Below are positions 44,459 to 54,079 of a stretch of 63,716 bases of DNA, in pieces (positions within the stretch are counted from its first letter, which is position 1; every line of letters begins with the position of its first letter). A model generated the notes under the pieces. It saw only the letters and a list, made by a program, of their open reading frames with translations, searched no databases and was not told where the DNA came from. The stretch lies in assembly GCA_016206505.1 (NCBI GenBank), contig JACQRJ010000027.1, positions 1 to 63,716 on the forward strand, given 5' to 3'. Made by a program: the position numbers and the translations under genes. This DNA comes from Candidatus Peregrinibacteria bacterium. GTDB taxonomy: Bacteria > Patescibacteriota > Gracilibacteria > UBA1369 > LOWO2-01-FULL-3.

Positions 44459-45394
44459 ATGAAAACTCTCTTTCAATTCACGCTCGTCATGGGTTTAATG
44501 GCTCTTGCCCTGCATTTGCCTGCATTTGCCGCCAATCTTCCCATCACAAGAGACGTATATGAGGCCTCAAATATTCCGCGTCCGCCGGACAAGGAAGGCA
44601 AAGAAATTGTTAAGGATCTGGTTTTTGGCGGTTTAAGATATGTAAAAGTGATCGCAGCTGTTCTCGGCATCCTCATGATTACAGTCATGGGCTTCAAACT
44701 GGTAATAAATAATGGAAACGAAGAGGATGTCACAACTTCCAAGAGGGGACTGATCTTTGCAATAGTTGCTTTCGTAATTATCAGCATGTCTCAGGACATA
44801 GCCAAAATCTTCGACATGGAAAAGAAAAGCATTTTGGATAGCCCGCAGGAAATTCTCAACCGCGTACACCTTTTTGATAAGCAGGTCGAAATTTTCATGA
44901 CCTTCACGAAATACGCGATTGGCGCTTATGCCACTTTGATGGTAATTCGCTCAGCCATAAGTTTGATTACAGGCGGAGGCAACGAAGAAGAGACTACAAA
45001 GCATAAAAAAGGCATTATGTTCAGCGCTGCGGGACTGCTTTTGATTTATGTCGGAGAAGTTTTTGTGCAAAAAGTTTTCTACAAAGTGGACAAAAATGTC
45101 TATTCCGGCATCAATGGAAATCATCCCGGAGTGGATGCAAAGGAAGGTGTTGAACAAATCTCCGGAATCATCAATTTGATCATTTCCTTCATTGCTCCGA
45201 TTGCTGTTTTAATGCTGATTGGCGCTGCGATTATGTATGCAACCGCCCGCGGCGAAGACGAACAGATGCAAAAAGCCAAAAGACTTATTACAGCGATTGT
45301 TATCGGAATTGTAATCATTTACGGAGCTTTTGCTTTTGTGAATACTATTATTTTAAGCCGATTGACTGAAATCGGTGTAATTGCCGAATCATGA
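44459..45394 (+). CDS. Secreted/membrane protein made of three VirB2/TrbC-like hairpin (TM-loop-TM) modules
   Basis: Signal peptide MKTLFQFTLVMGLMALALHLPAFA. Three modules, each with a G(G/N)GNEE(D/E) or RGEDE loop between two hydrophobic helices (e.g. VIAAVLGILMITVMGFKLVINNGNEEDVTTSKRGLIFAIVAFVIISM). The ORF track starts at 44429. Confidence 0.7.
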   Translation: MKTLFQFTLVMGLMALALHLPAFAANLPITRDVYEASNIPRPPDKEGKEIVKDLVFGGLRYVKVIAAVLGILMITVMGFKLVINNGNEEDVTTSKRGLIFAIVAFVIISMSQDIAKIFDMEKKSILDSPQEILNRVHLFDKQVEIFMTFTKYAIGAYATLMVIRSAISLITGGGNEEETTKHKKGIMFSAAGLLLIYVGEVFVQKVFYKVDKNVYSGINGNHPGVDAKEGVEQISGIINLIISFIAPIAVLMLIGAAIMYATARGEDEQMQKAKRLITAIVIGIVIIYGAFAFVNTIILSRLTEIGVIAES

Positions 45395-46434
45395 GAAAAT
45401 TGATTAAATCATTCATTTTTGCCGTATTACTTTTGAATCTTGGATTGACACTCAATCTTGTAGCTACAACGGCATCTGTTTTTGCAGAAGAGCCGCAAGA
45501 AAAAAATGACAAAACTTCCCAGGGTTTCAATCCCCTCGATACGATTATTGAAATCGGCGACCCTACAGGATTGCCCAATTTCTATACAAAAGGCGACAAA
45601 CATGTCGATGCCCCAAATGACTTTACCGAGCCGGGCGTAGGAACAGCTACCAGCCCGATCCTTTATGCGATTGATCTTTTCCGCTATCTGGTTAGCGGCG
45701 TTGCTTTAATTATGATATTTATTGCCGCTGTCAAACTGATTTCCACCGCGAACGAAGAGGAAGCTGAAAAAATGAGAAAAAATCTTATCTTTGGAGTGAT
45801 TGGACTTTTGATAATTCAACTTGCTGATGTTGCGGTGAAAAAAATGTTTTTCGGAGAATCGGGCGAAGCCTTTGAAAGTGAAGCGGTAGCCGAGGATTTT
45901 GCGCGGGAAAGTGTCGATCAGATTCGTGGAATCATAGGCTTTGTAGAAGCTTTTGTCGGTATTGTCGCTGTTCTTGTACTTGTGATCCGCGGCTTTACCT
46001 TGATTGTCGGCAGCGGCGAGGAGGAGGATATTACCAAAGCCAGAAGGCATGTCACTTATGCTATAGCCGGCCTTGCAGTTATCGCCATTTCCGAAGTTGT
46101 GGTGCGCGGTGTTATTTTTCCCGCCGCCGGAGAAGAATTGCCCGATGTCAATAAAGGAAAATTCATTCTTATAGAACTTGTGAATTTTATCACCGGCTTT
46201 ATCGCCATAATCTGCTTCGCTATTCTTTTTTATGGCGGCTACAAATACGTTGTTTCCGCCGGCAATGAAGAGGAAAACGAAAAGCTGAAAAAACTTTTGA
46301 CCGGCACTTTGATCGCTTTGGCTTTGACTCTCGGTGCCTTCGCTCTGGTGAATACTTTGGTGAAATTCGATCCCAAAGAAGTAACGCCTGCGGAAGAAAC
46401 CAAGCCGAAATCGCCGGAAATTATTGAACAGTAA
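45391..46434 (+). CDS. Second protein with three VirB2/TrbC-like hairpin modules
   Basis: ATGA start/stop overlap with the upstream gene. Modules carry STANEEEAEK, GSGEEEDITK and SAGNEEENEK loops flanked by hydrophobic helices. Pro/Glu-rich tail. Confidence 0.7.
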   Translation: MRKLIKSFIFAVLLLNLGLTLNLVATTASVFAEEPQEKNDKTSQGFNPLDTIIEIGDPTGLPNFYTKGDKHVDAPNDFTEPGVGTATSPILYAIDLFRYLVSGVALIMIFIAAVKLISTANEEEAEKMRKNLIFGVIGLLIIQLADVAVKKMFFGESGEAFESEAVAEDFARESVDQIRGIIGFVEAFVGIVAVLVLVIRGFTLIVGSGEEEDITKARRHVTYAIAGLAVIAISEVVVRGVIFPAAGEELPDVNKGKFILIELVNFITGFIAIICFAILFYGGYKYVVSAGNEEENEKLKKLLTGTLIALALTLGAFALVNTLVKFDPKEVTPAEETKPKSPEIIEQ

Positions 46435-46477
46435 CATTTGCTAACAAATTCTTTCAAATCTATAATCGAAAAGAAAA

Positions 46478-49400
46478 ATGCCCCTCATGAAAAAACTCAT
46501 CTCATTCCTCCTGGTAAGCCTGATAGCTGCTTTTGCATTAAGTTTTGCAAGCATAAGTGTTGCAAATGCAGGCGCGCTTGATGAGCTTAAGAAACTTATT
46601 ACTTCTGGAGATCAGGACGGAACCGATTTTACGGAATTCAAGCCGGGAGAAGATCTCACTTTGACTGCAGATGGCTTGAACGAATCGCTGACAACTGAGG
46701 ACAATCTTAAGTCTTATGTTATCCGTGTGGTAAATTTTGCTTTGGGCTTTTTGGGACTTATAGCTATAATAATTGTAATTTATGGCGGCATACTTTATGT
46801 CACTGCGGGAGGAGAAGAAGAGAAGACTCAAACAGGTAAAAAAGCGATTACTTACGCTGTTATCGGTATCATTATCATTCTGGGCTCATTTGCTTTTGTA
46901 AATACGATTATCAAAGGCGCCAGTGGCGGCAAAGAAAATGGCAGATTTGTTTCCGGCAGCGCTATCGGTAATAGTTTCAATGCATCGGCCGTACAGGTAA
47001 GAAATATCGCCCGCGAAATTTATACCGGATTTATATTGCTTTCAGAATCCGCGGAGGAATTAAAAGGAATTTTAAGTGATCTGGATAAACCTCAATTTTC
47101 ATACAAAAAAACTCTTGTGGATCGCAATAATATGCTTAGCTTTCTTGCCAGCGCCGAGGCGAAGTTGCGCAATATTCAGGCAAGATTGATCAAGTTTTCC
47201 ACCGCCTACACACGCATAAACGAACTTCTGCGTTACATAGATTTGGCCAAAAGTCAGGTTCAGGCGGCCAATGACTTTCAGCTAGCCAAAATTAACGGTG
47301 GAAATTTGAATGTTGAAACATGTGAAATATCCAGACCGGATAGCACGGGAGCATCTACAGGATTTGGAGCAACAGGTGGCACTACTGGCGGAATTGGAAG
47401 CGCGACAAGTAGTAATACAGACCAGAAGGCGGAATATTGCGCAGGATACAGTGAATATCCAGTCGATCTTGTGCCTATCTGGAATGGAATTAGCGAAAAT
47501 CTCCTCGATGATGAGACAAATCCTTTGAGCATTAAATATGTTTTTGATCCCTTGAAAAAAGATTATTTGCGCAAGCTTTTAAGCTTTTTCTCCGAGTTAC
47601 AGGATATCAGGGATACTTTAACAGGCTTGAAAGCCGCAGAGGCGGGAGACATCGGCAAGGTCTATGACCAGATGAAAGCCACTTTTGGTTTCACGGATGA
47701 TGATATAAAAAAGACCACTGATGGAGGGTTTCCCGATAATGCCTATAATGCAGGATTTATCGGAGCACTTTATAATTGGGAACTTTACAATACCGCAACC
47801 GGAGACGACAAAGGAGCGGTTACCGAGCAAATGGGTGTCATGCTGCTTTCCGCCCTGGAAAAACAGTTTGAATTTGCCGACCTTTTAACCAAATTAAAGT
47901 CCGTTGAAGCACATTTAAGGGCCAATGTGATAAATGGTAATGCGCCGCTTGTCGTTACTTTTGACATTATAGACAGTCTTGATCCCGCCGGCGGCACCAT
48001 CGTTCCAAGCAATATCAAATGGAATTTAAGCGGCGCCCAAACCTTTGAAGGTGAAAATCTTCAGGACGAAAGCCTGCAAAAGGTTGCCATTACAGCCGAT
48101 ACCGTCGTATGCGACGAAGGTACATATACCGACAAGCCCGACCTTTATGGCACGGTTTTCCGACAATGTACTTTCAAACGTCCGGGCACTTATGTCGCCA
48201 CAGTGACTATCGGTTCCAACGATCCGACAAAATTCATTTCCGGACAAAGCAGCTTGATAATCAAAGTAAATCCGCCAACCAACAAAATAGATCTCAATGT
48301 AAAACCGCAAAGCGCTCAACAAGGCGTCAATGTCATCTCTTATTACACCAACGGCTTACTGAAAAACGATCAGGATCTCGTGCCAATGACTTTGAAAGAA
48401 GCCAAATCTGTCATTTTTGACGCAAGCGGCACCACTCCAAAAATTACCAATTTCACCTGGGATTTTGGCGATGGCACAAAGATAGATACCGATGCCTCCG
48501 GCAAACAAACTCATGAATACAAAGTGGAAGGAAAATATCGCGTTCAGCTTGAAGTCATCAATGAACTTGGCGAACTCGATCGCAAAATTTTCACAGTTGA
48601 AGTGCGCAATATCGCAGCCAGAATTCAGGTTTCACCGACAGAGAATATCCTTATAGATCAGGCGGTTTTGATCGATGGCCGACTTTCCTCGGCATCTTCC
48701 GGCAAAATCAAACTCTACGAATGGAAATTAACCAAAATTTCCGGCCAGGGAGCGCCAAAAGATGTCGATCTGACTTTAAACAAAAACAAAAGTTCTTTCA
48801 GCCACAAGTTTGCCGAGCCCGGCAAATATCAAATCGATCTCACTATCACCAGTGATCTGGAAACCGTTTCCGCTCAACCATATTTTGTCACTGTCGCCAG
48901 CAAACCTCCTGTCGCCATTTTTGATCACAAAACTCCAGAGCCACATCAGCCCGGAACTGTTCATTTCAACGGTTCAAAAAGCTTTGATCCGGATGGCGAG
49001 GAAGAAAATCTGCTCTTCAATTGGACCATCGAGCCCGACAGCAACAATGGCAAAAACTGGCTTTATATAGTAGACAATAGAAGCTCTTTACAAAAAGCGC
49101 CGAAAGTGAAATTTCTTAAGAGCCAGGAATATGAAGTTACTTTGAAAGTCACCGATAAAAACACTCTTGCCGCAGATCTCAAAGAAGAATCCGGCGAAAT
49201 TACCAAAAAAATCGAGATCAAAAACGTCCTGGATATCGCCTGGGATGAAAATCAAAATGTCACTGCCGTACTCGATAAAGATGGCAAAGCCACAATTAAT
49301 TTCAAATTTGAAAGTACCAATGGCAAAGCCTATGAAATCAATTTTGGTGACGGCGAAAAAAGTTCCGGCGATATCAAAATTTCCGCCGTTGTGCCGCATA

Positions 49401-51490
49401 CTTATACCGAAGGCGGCAAATTTACCGCCGAAGTAAGAGTTTACGACGCAGATGACAATGACAATTCCGTCAAACGCACGATTTTCATCGGTGGCAGCAA
49501 TTCACCGATTGCCAAAGCTGAAATTCTTGTCAATGGAGTGCAGATTCCAGATACTTCGGAAATAATCGATGTTTACAAAAAAGATGTCCTGACTTTTGAT
49601 GCCAGCGCTTCAAAAAACATCGACGGTTCCGGCAGAAATTTAAAATACAGTTGGGATTTTGGCGACACCGAGTTGAGTTCAAACAAAACCGCAACTCATT
49701 CATATAAGGAATTGAGTCCAAAAGATCCAGGATATTTCACAGCCAGTTTAAAAGTTTTTGATAAAGATGAACCAAATAAAATCAGCGAGGATAAATTGAA
49801 AATTCGTGTAAATGCCAGCGCCCCGACTTTTTCTTCTTTGCAGGCCGTACCGGAGACCAGAGATGGTAAATTGATTACACCCGTTACAGTAAACCTCAAG
49901 GCCTTCAATCCCGAGGATAAAGACGGCCAAATCACCCAATACAAATGGTGGTATTTCGATGTCGATGATCCCGATGAACAGCTTGGTGTTCAGGTGACAC
50001 AAGTACCGTCAGCCAGGTTGATAATCGGAACAAGCGGCAAGGAAGGCCTTGAGCGCGAATACGGCTTTGGCCTCGAAGTTACCGACTCGGATAATTTGAA
50101 AACTTCTTCCGAAGATATTTTCGATAAAAACAATGTCCCGAAAGTAAAAGTAAAAAACGGCCCCAATGACTTGCCGATTGCCAAATTCAGTGTAAATACC
50201 ACGAAAGTTTTCACCGGCGATGAAGTCACTTTCACAAGCAGTTCCAAGGATCCCGATGGCAAAATTACCGCTTATATCTGGGATCTGGAAGGGGATGGAT
50301 TTTTCAATAACATGCCGATTGATAAATCTGTTGTCGAGTATGTATATAAGGAACAGAAAAAAGATGGTTATGAAGTCCGCTTAAAAGTTCGCGATGACAA
50401 GGGTGGAGAAGCCGTTTCCGAGCCTGTAAAGATTTATGTGCAGACTTTGGCAAAAGCTCCAACCGCCGCTTTCAAATTTCAGGTCATCGAAGGTTCCGGC
50501 GGCAAAAAAGTGAAATTCACCAATAATTCAACAGCCGACAAAGATGCCGGCGCCGAAATCATCGCTTTCAAATGGGATTTTGACACCGCCTCACAATTTG
50601 ATAATGCCGATTCAGACGGTGACGGTAAAAAAGATAACGATAGCGATTCTACAGCCAAAGAACCCGAACGTCTTTATATCGATGCCGGAGAATATGTTGT
50701 GAAATTAACAGTCACCGACAATCAGGGCTCCACAGATGAGACAACGCAGAAGTTGGTAATTCCACTCGCCAATGCCCCTACAGCCGCCTTTACTTACAAA
50801 ATAGTGGCCGGCAAAATTATTTTCACGGACAATTCCACCGCTGACACGGCGAAAGGAGCTAAAATTGAAAAATACACCTGGGACTTCGATACCGATTCAC
50901 AGCTCGATAATGCCGATTCAGACGGCGACGGCAAAAAAGATAATGACAAAGATTCTACCGAAAAAGAGCCTACATTTACTTATCCAATCGAAGGAGAATA
51001 TAAAGTGAAACTTATGGTTACCGATAACTACGGCAACACTGATGATGTTGTAAATAAAGTAAATACCAAGACCGGACCAAACTTGAGCGATCCGGGAAAC
51101 TTTGGCGATAATCCCGATGACCCGATAGACGGTTTTGGTCTGAAAGACCCCAATAAAAAAAGTCCATCACAATCCCTGGTTGCCGTCATGAGCAGCAATC
51201 CAAAACCGGACAAAGATGGAATACTTTACCTCACAGGCGACAAAGGCACGGTTACTTTTGATTTCACCGGCTCAATCGGACAGATCGCCGATTACACTTT
51301 TGATAAAAATATCTATTTCGATACCGACAAAAATGGTATAAATCATGACGACCAGGATTTTAAAACACCATTGCCTGGTACCTGGACAACGAATTTCGAA
51401 AAAGCCTGGGGCAAGATCGTCGTCAAGCTCACAATCAAGGACATCTACGGCAATGAAAATTCTGTCAGCCAGGAAATAAAATTTAAATAA
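46478..51490 (+). CDS. Giant surface protein: signal peptide, one pilin-like hairpin module, a helical region, then ~10 or more PKD/Ig-like domains
   Basis: 1670 aa. Module LGLIAIIIVIYGGILYVTAGGEEEKTQTGKKAITYAVIGIIIILGSFAFVNT. Repeated PKD signatures (WDFGDGT...H.Y...G.Y.V.L.V.D). Two domains carry DSDGDGKKDND Ca-binding-like inserts. Confidence 0.8.
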   Translation: MPLMKKLISFLLVSLIAAFALSFASISVANAGALDELKKLITSGDQDGTDFTEFKPGEDLTLTADGLNESLTTEDNLKSYVIRVVNFALGFLGLIAIIIVIYGGILYVTAGGEEEKTQTGKKAITYAVIGIIIILGSFAFVNTIIKGASGGKENGRFVSGSAIGNSFNASAVQVRNIAREIYTGFILLSESAEELKGILSDLDKPQFSYKKTLVDRNNMLSFLASAEAKLRNIQARLIKFSTAYTRINELLRYIDLAKSQVQAANDFQLAKINGGNLNVETCEISRPDSTGASTGFGATGGTTGGIGSATSSNTDQKAEYCAGYSEYPVDLVPIWNGISENLLDDETNPLSIKYVFDPLKKDYLRKLLSFFSELQDIRDTLTGLKAAEAGDIGKVYDQMKATFGFTDDDIKKTTDGGFPDNAYNAGFIGALYNWELYNTATGDDKGAVTEQMGVMLLSALEKQFEFADLLTKLKSVEAHLRANVINGNAPLVVTFDIIDSLDPAGGTIVPSNIKWNLSGAQTFEGENLQDESLQKVAITADTVVCDEGTYTDKPDLYGTVFRQCTFKRPGTYVATVTIGSNDPTKFISGQSSLIIKVNPPTNKIDLNVKPQSAQQGVNVISYYTNGLLKNDQDLVPMTLKEAKSVIFDASGTTPKITNFTWDFGDGTKIDTDASGKQTHEYKVEGKYRVQLEVINELGELDRKIFTVEVRNIAARIQVSPTENILIDQAVLIDGRLSSASSGKIKLYEWKLTKISGQGAPKDVDLTLNKNKSSFSHKFAEPGKYQIDLTITSDLETVSAQPYFVTVASKPPVAIFDHKTPEPHQPGTVHFNGSKSFDPDGEEENLLFNWTIEPDSNNGKNWLYIVDNRSSLQKAPKVKFLKSQEYEVTLKVTDKNTLAADLKEESGEITKKIEIKNVLDIAWDENQNVTAVLDKDGKATINFKFESTNGKAYEINFGDGEKSSGDIKISAVVPHTYTEGGKFTAEVRVYDADDNDNSVKRTIFIGGSNSPIAKAEILVNGVQIPDTSEIIDVYKKDVLTFDASASKNIDGSGRNLKYSWDFGDTELSSNKTATHSYKELSPKDPGYFTASLKVFDKDEPNKISEDKLKIRVNASAPTFSSLQAVPETRDGKLITPVTVNLKAFNPEDKDGQITQYKWWYFDVDDPDEQLGVQVTQVPSARLIIGTSGKEGLEREYGFGLEVTDSDNLKTSSEDIFDKNNVPKVKVKNGPNDLPIAKFSVNTTKVFTGDEVTFTSSSKDPDGKITAYIWDLEGDGFFNNMPIDKSVVEYVYKEQKKDGYEVRLKVRDDKGGEAVSEPVKIYVQTLAKAPTAAFKFQVIEGSGGKKVKFTNNSTADKDAGAEIIAFKWDFDTASQFDNADSDGDGKKDNDSDSTAKEPERLYIDAGEYVVKLTVTDNQGSTDETTQKLVIPLANAPTAAFTYKIVAGKIIFTDNSTADTAKGAKIEKYTWDFDTDSQLDNADSDGDGKKDNDKDSTEKEPTFTYPIEGEYKVKLMVTDNYGNTDDVVNKVNTKTGPNLSDPGNFGDNPDDPIDGFGLKDPNKKSPSQSLVAVMSSNPKPDKDGILYLTGDKGTVTFDFTGSIGQIADYTFDKNIYFDTDKNGINHDDQDFKTPLPGTWTTNFEKAWGKIVVKLTIKDIYGNENSVSQEIKFK

Positions 51491-51495
51491 AAACC

Positions 51496-53862
51496 ATGGA
51501 TGAGAAAACTACCAAAGATGTGAAAGCGGAAGATTTTGGCATGGGCGATGACGCACAAGCGCAAGGCCAACCCCAAGCTCCAAAAATCAATAATTACGCC
51601 AGAGATATCAAGCCCTCCGCACAAACTTCGACAGAAAAACCTCAAGTCGATCCCAAGGACAATCCGCCACCGGTCACTTCTAACACTCAGCCCGCTCAAT
51701 CATCGCAGTCAACAGCCTCAGCAACCCCCACCAACAGCTCACCCTCACCCTCAACTTCAGCTACAACAAGCTCACCCCAAGCCACCGGCAAAACCATCGG
51801 CCAGGTAAAAAGCGGCAAAACTTTGCCGCCGCCCATGGATCCCGCCAAAAAGAAAAAAGTCGTACTCGGCTGCCTCGGGGGCTTCGGTTCAATCATGTTG
51901 ATCTTCTTAGGGATAGCATTTTTATTCATCTCCCAGTCTGACGAAACCACTACAAATCCGATCGCCAAGCTCCTAAATCTCAATCAGGCCAGCTTCATCA
52001 ACGGCTTAATCACGTTCATCCATCTCATTTTCATACTTGTTTCACTTACGGTTTTCGTCTTTACCATGGTTGGCGTTTTCAAAGCCAGCATGGCCAAAAA
52101 AGATGACAAGGATGCAAAACGCGCGGGCTTAAAAATGAGCATGATTTCCGGCATCATTCTTGTAATAGTATTCTTTGTTTGGGCTTTTGTTTATTTTTAC
52201 CTCGACGGCAAAAGGATCAACGTACAAACTGCGGATATAGCGCCGATTATCACCGAGCCTGAAGATACGCTAAATCTTACCGCTCCGGTCGATATTCGTT
52301 TCGATGCCAGCAATGTTCCCGTCGATCAGCGCAAATTTCAGATCATTTCCTACGACTGGAATTTTGGTGACAAATCTACTGGAACAAGTCAAATAGTTTC
52401 CCATACCTTTGAGGAAAAAGGCCGCTATGACGTTGTTTTGAAAGTTACAAAAATCGACAAAAAAACCGGTGAAGAAACGGTCGATAGCTACACTGTCATT
52501 GTCAGCATTCAAAATGAAGCACTTTCCGCCATCATCGAAGCCGATCCGCAATCCGGTCCAGCGCCGCTGAAAGTAAAACTCGACGGCGGAAAATCAGAAG
52601 ATCCGGATGGCACAATCAAAACCTACGAATGGGATCTTGATGAAGATGGCGAATTTGATGACGGCACAGGCAAAACCGTTGAAAAGGAATTCACCAAAAT
52701 CGGCAAATATAAAGTCTCTTTGCGAGTTGTTTCCAGCACCGAAGAATTTGATATAGCCGAAAAAGAAATCATCGTGGAACAGGCCAAACTTCCAGAAGCG
52801 AAAATCGAAATTACCGATAATCCCACAGCATTTACGACCGGCGTTGAATATATTTTCAAATCCGCATCCACTTCGCCAAACGGCTCGATAGAAAAATACG
52901 AATGGGATTTTGGCGATGGCAGCAAACCTGAAGCCACCAAAACCGTCTCCCACACATTTACCAAAGAAGGTACTTTTGATGTTACATTGAAAGTCATTGA
53001 TGAAAAGGAAGAAGAAGCACAGACACTGATGTCTATCACAGTTGGCTCACCACAAGGCACGCCTAAGGCAAAAATTGAGACTGATCCCGTTTATACCGCA
53101 GGCACAATAAATCTCGAAGGCGAAGTGCCTTTTATTGTTGCCTTCGACGCTTCCGGCTCTACGGATAGCGATAATAATATCGTGGATTATGCCTGGGACT
53201 TTGATGATGATGCAAAAAATGATAAATTTAGCGCAAAAACCACATATACTTTCACTCTTGAAGGCACTTATACAGTGAGGCTGTCGGTTACCGATGCCGA
53301 TGAAAATGTTGGAACTGCAAGTGTGATAATTAAAGTGAAAGCCCAGGGAATAAAAGCCAATCTGCAGGCCGATAAAATCGAAGGCAGCATACCTTTGACC
53401 GTAAAATTTGATGCTTCCGGTTCGAGTTATCAAAATGGGCAGATTACGAGTTATCAATGGGACTTCGGCGATGGCGGCAAGCCAAAAGTAGGCAGTGCCA
53501 AAATCAGCCATAAATATACGGAAATCGGAACATACACCGCGGCGGTTACGGCAATAGGCGGAGATAACAGTCGCTCAACCGCTCAAATAATTATCACTGT
53601 GCGCGAGATTCCTTTGACTGCCTGTTTTGTTTCCGTTTTTGAAGAAGGCAAAGCGCCGCTCAAGACGACTTTTGATCCAGGCTGCAGCACCGGCACGGCG
53701 GTGAAATATTTTTGGGATTTTGGAGACGGACAAAACTCAACCGAAGTAAATCCTACACACGTCTACGAAAGCGCCGGCGACTACACTGCGACTTTGGAAA
53801 TAGCGGATGCTGACAATACGGTCTCTTCCGCCAGCCTGAAAATCACTGTAACCGCAGAATGA
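51496..53862 (+). CDS. Membrane protein with a low-complexity N-terminus, 3 TM and six PKD domains
   Basis: 788 aa. S/T/P/Q-rich first ~110 aa. Three hydrophobic helices. Six WDFGDG/WDLDEDG-type PKD repeats. Confidence 0.8.
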   Translation: MDEKTTKDVKAEDFGMGDDAQAQGQPQAPKINNYARDIKPSAQTSTEKPQVDPKDNPPPVTSNTQPAQSSQSTASATPTNSSPSPSTSATTSSPQATGKTIGQVKSGKTLPPPMDPAKKKKVVLGCLGGFGSIMLIFLGIAFLFISQSDETTTNPIAKLLNLNQASFINGLITFIHLIFILVSLTVFVFTMVGVFKASMAKKDDKDAKRAGLKMSMISGIILVIVFFVWAFVYFYLDGKRINVQTADIAPIITEPEDTLNLTAPVDIRFDASNVPVDQRKFQIISYDWNFGDKSTGTSQIVSHTFEEKGRYDVVLKVTKIDKKTGEETVDSYTVIVSIQNEALSAIIEADPQSGPAPLKVKLDGGKSEDPDGTIKTYEWDLDEDGEFDDGTGKTVEKEFTKIGKYKVSLRVVSSTEEFDIAEKEIIVEQAKLPEAKIEITDNPTAFTTGVEYIFKSASTSPNGSIEKYEWDFGDGSKPEATKTVSHTFTKEGTFDVTLKVIDEKEEEAQTLMSITVGSPQGTPKAKIETDPVYTAGTINLEGEVPFIVAFDASGSTDSDNNIVDYAWDFDDDAKNDKFSAKTTYTFTLEGTYTVRLSVTDADENVGTASVIIKVKAQGIKANLQADKIEGSIPLTVKFDASGSSYQNGQITSYQWDFGDGGKPKVGSAKISHKYTEIGTYTAAVTAIGGDNSRSTAQIIITVREIPLTACFVSVFEEGKAPLKTTFDPGCSTGTAVKYFWDFGDGQNSTEVNPTHVYESAGDYTATLEIADADNTVSSASLKITVTAE

Positions 53863-53863
53863 C

Positions 53864-53965
53864 ATGTCTAAAAAAAATCAGAAAACTTTCATTTCTATCG
53901 TTGCCGCTCTTGTTATCCTCGGCCTTCTGATGAGCATTGTTTTGCCTTTTGTCGGCGGGTACTAG
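53864..53965 (+). CDS. 33-aa single-TM peptide (not in the ORF track)
   Basis: ATG 1 nt after the upstream TGA. MSKKNQKTFISIVAALVILGLLMSIVLPFVGGY has a basic N-terminus plus one TM. Confidence 0.35.
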   Translation: MSKKNQKTFISIVAALVILGLLMSIVLPFVGGY

Positions 53966-54079
53966 ATCGTGCACGCGCCCTACAGTTTTCTTGCCCGCTC
54001 TCTACGAATGTTGCAATGCTTCGCGCTGAAGACCACTCCTCGAGTAGGGCAACAAAGTCTGCAATATGCAGTTCCGGGC

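Noticed and set aside
45706-46437. 243-aa minus-strand ORF; similar antisense ORFs occur at 59003-59668, 19495-20046 and 35746-36399
   Set aside because: All are embedded in, or antisense to, genes with clear family signatures or repeat architecture. Their composition is low-complexity and they have no independent support.
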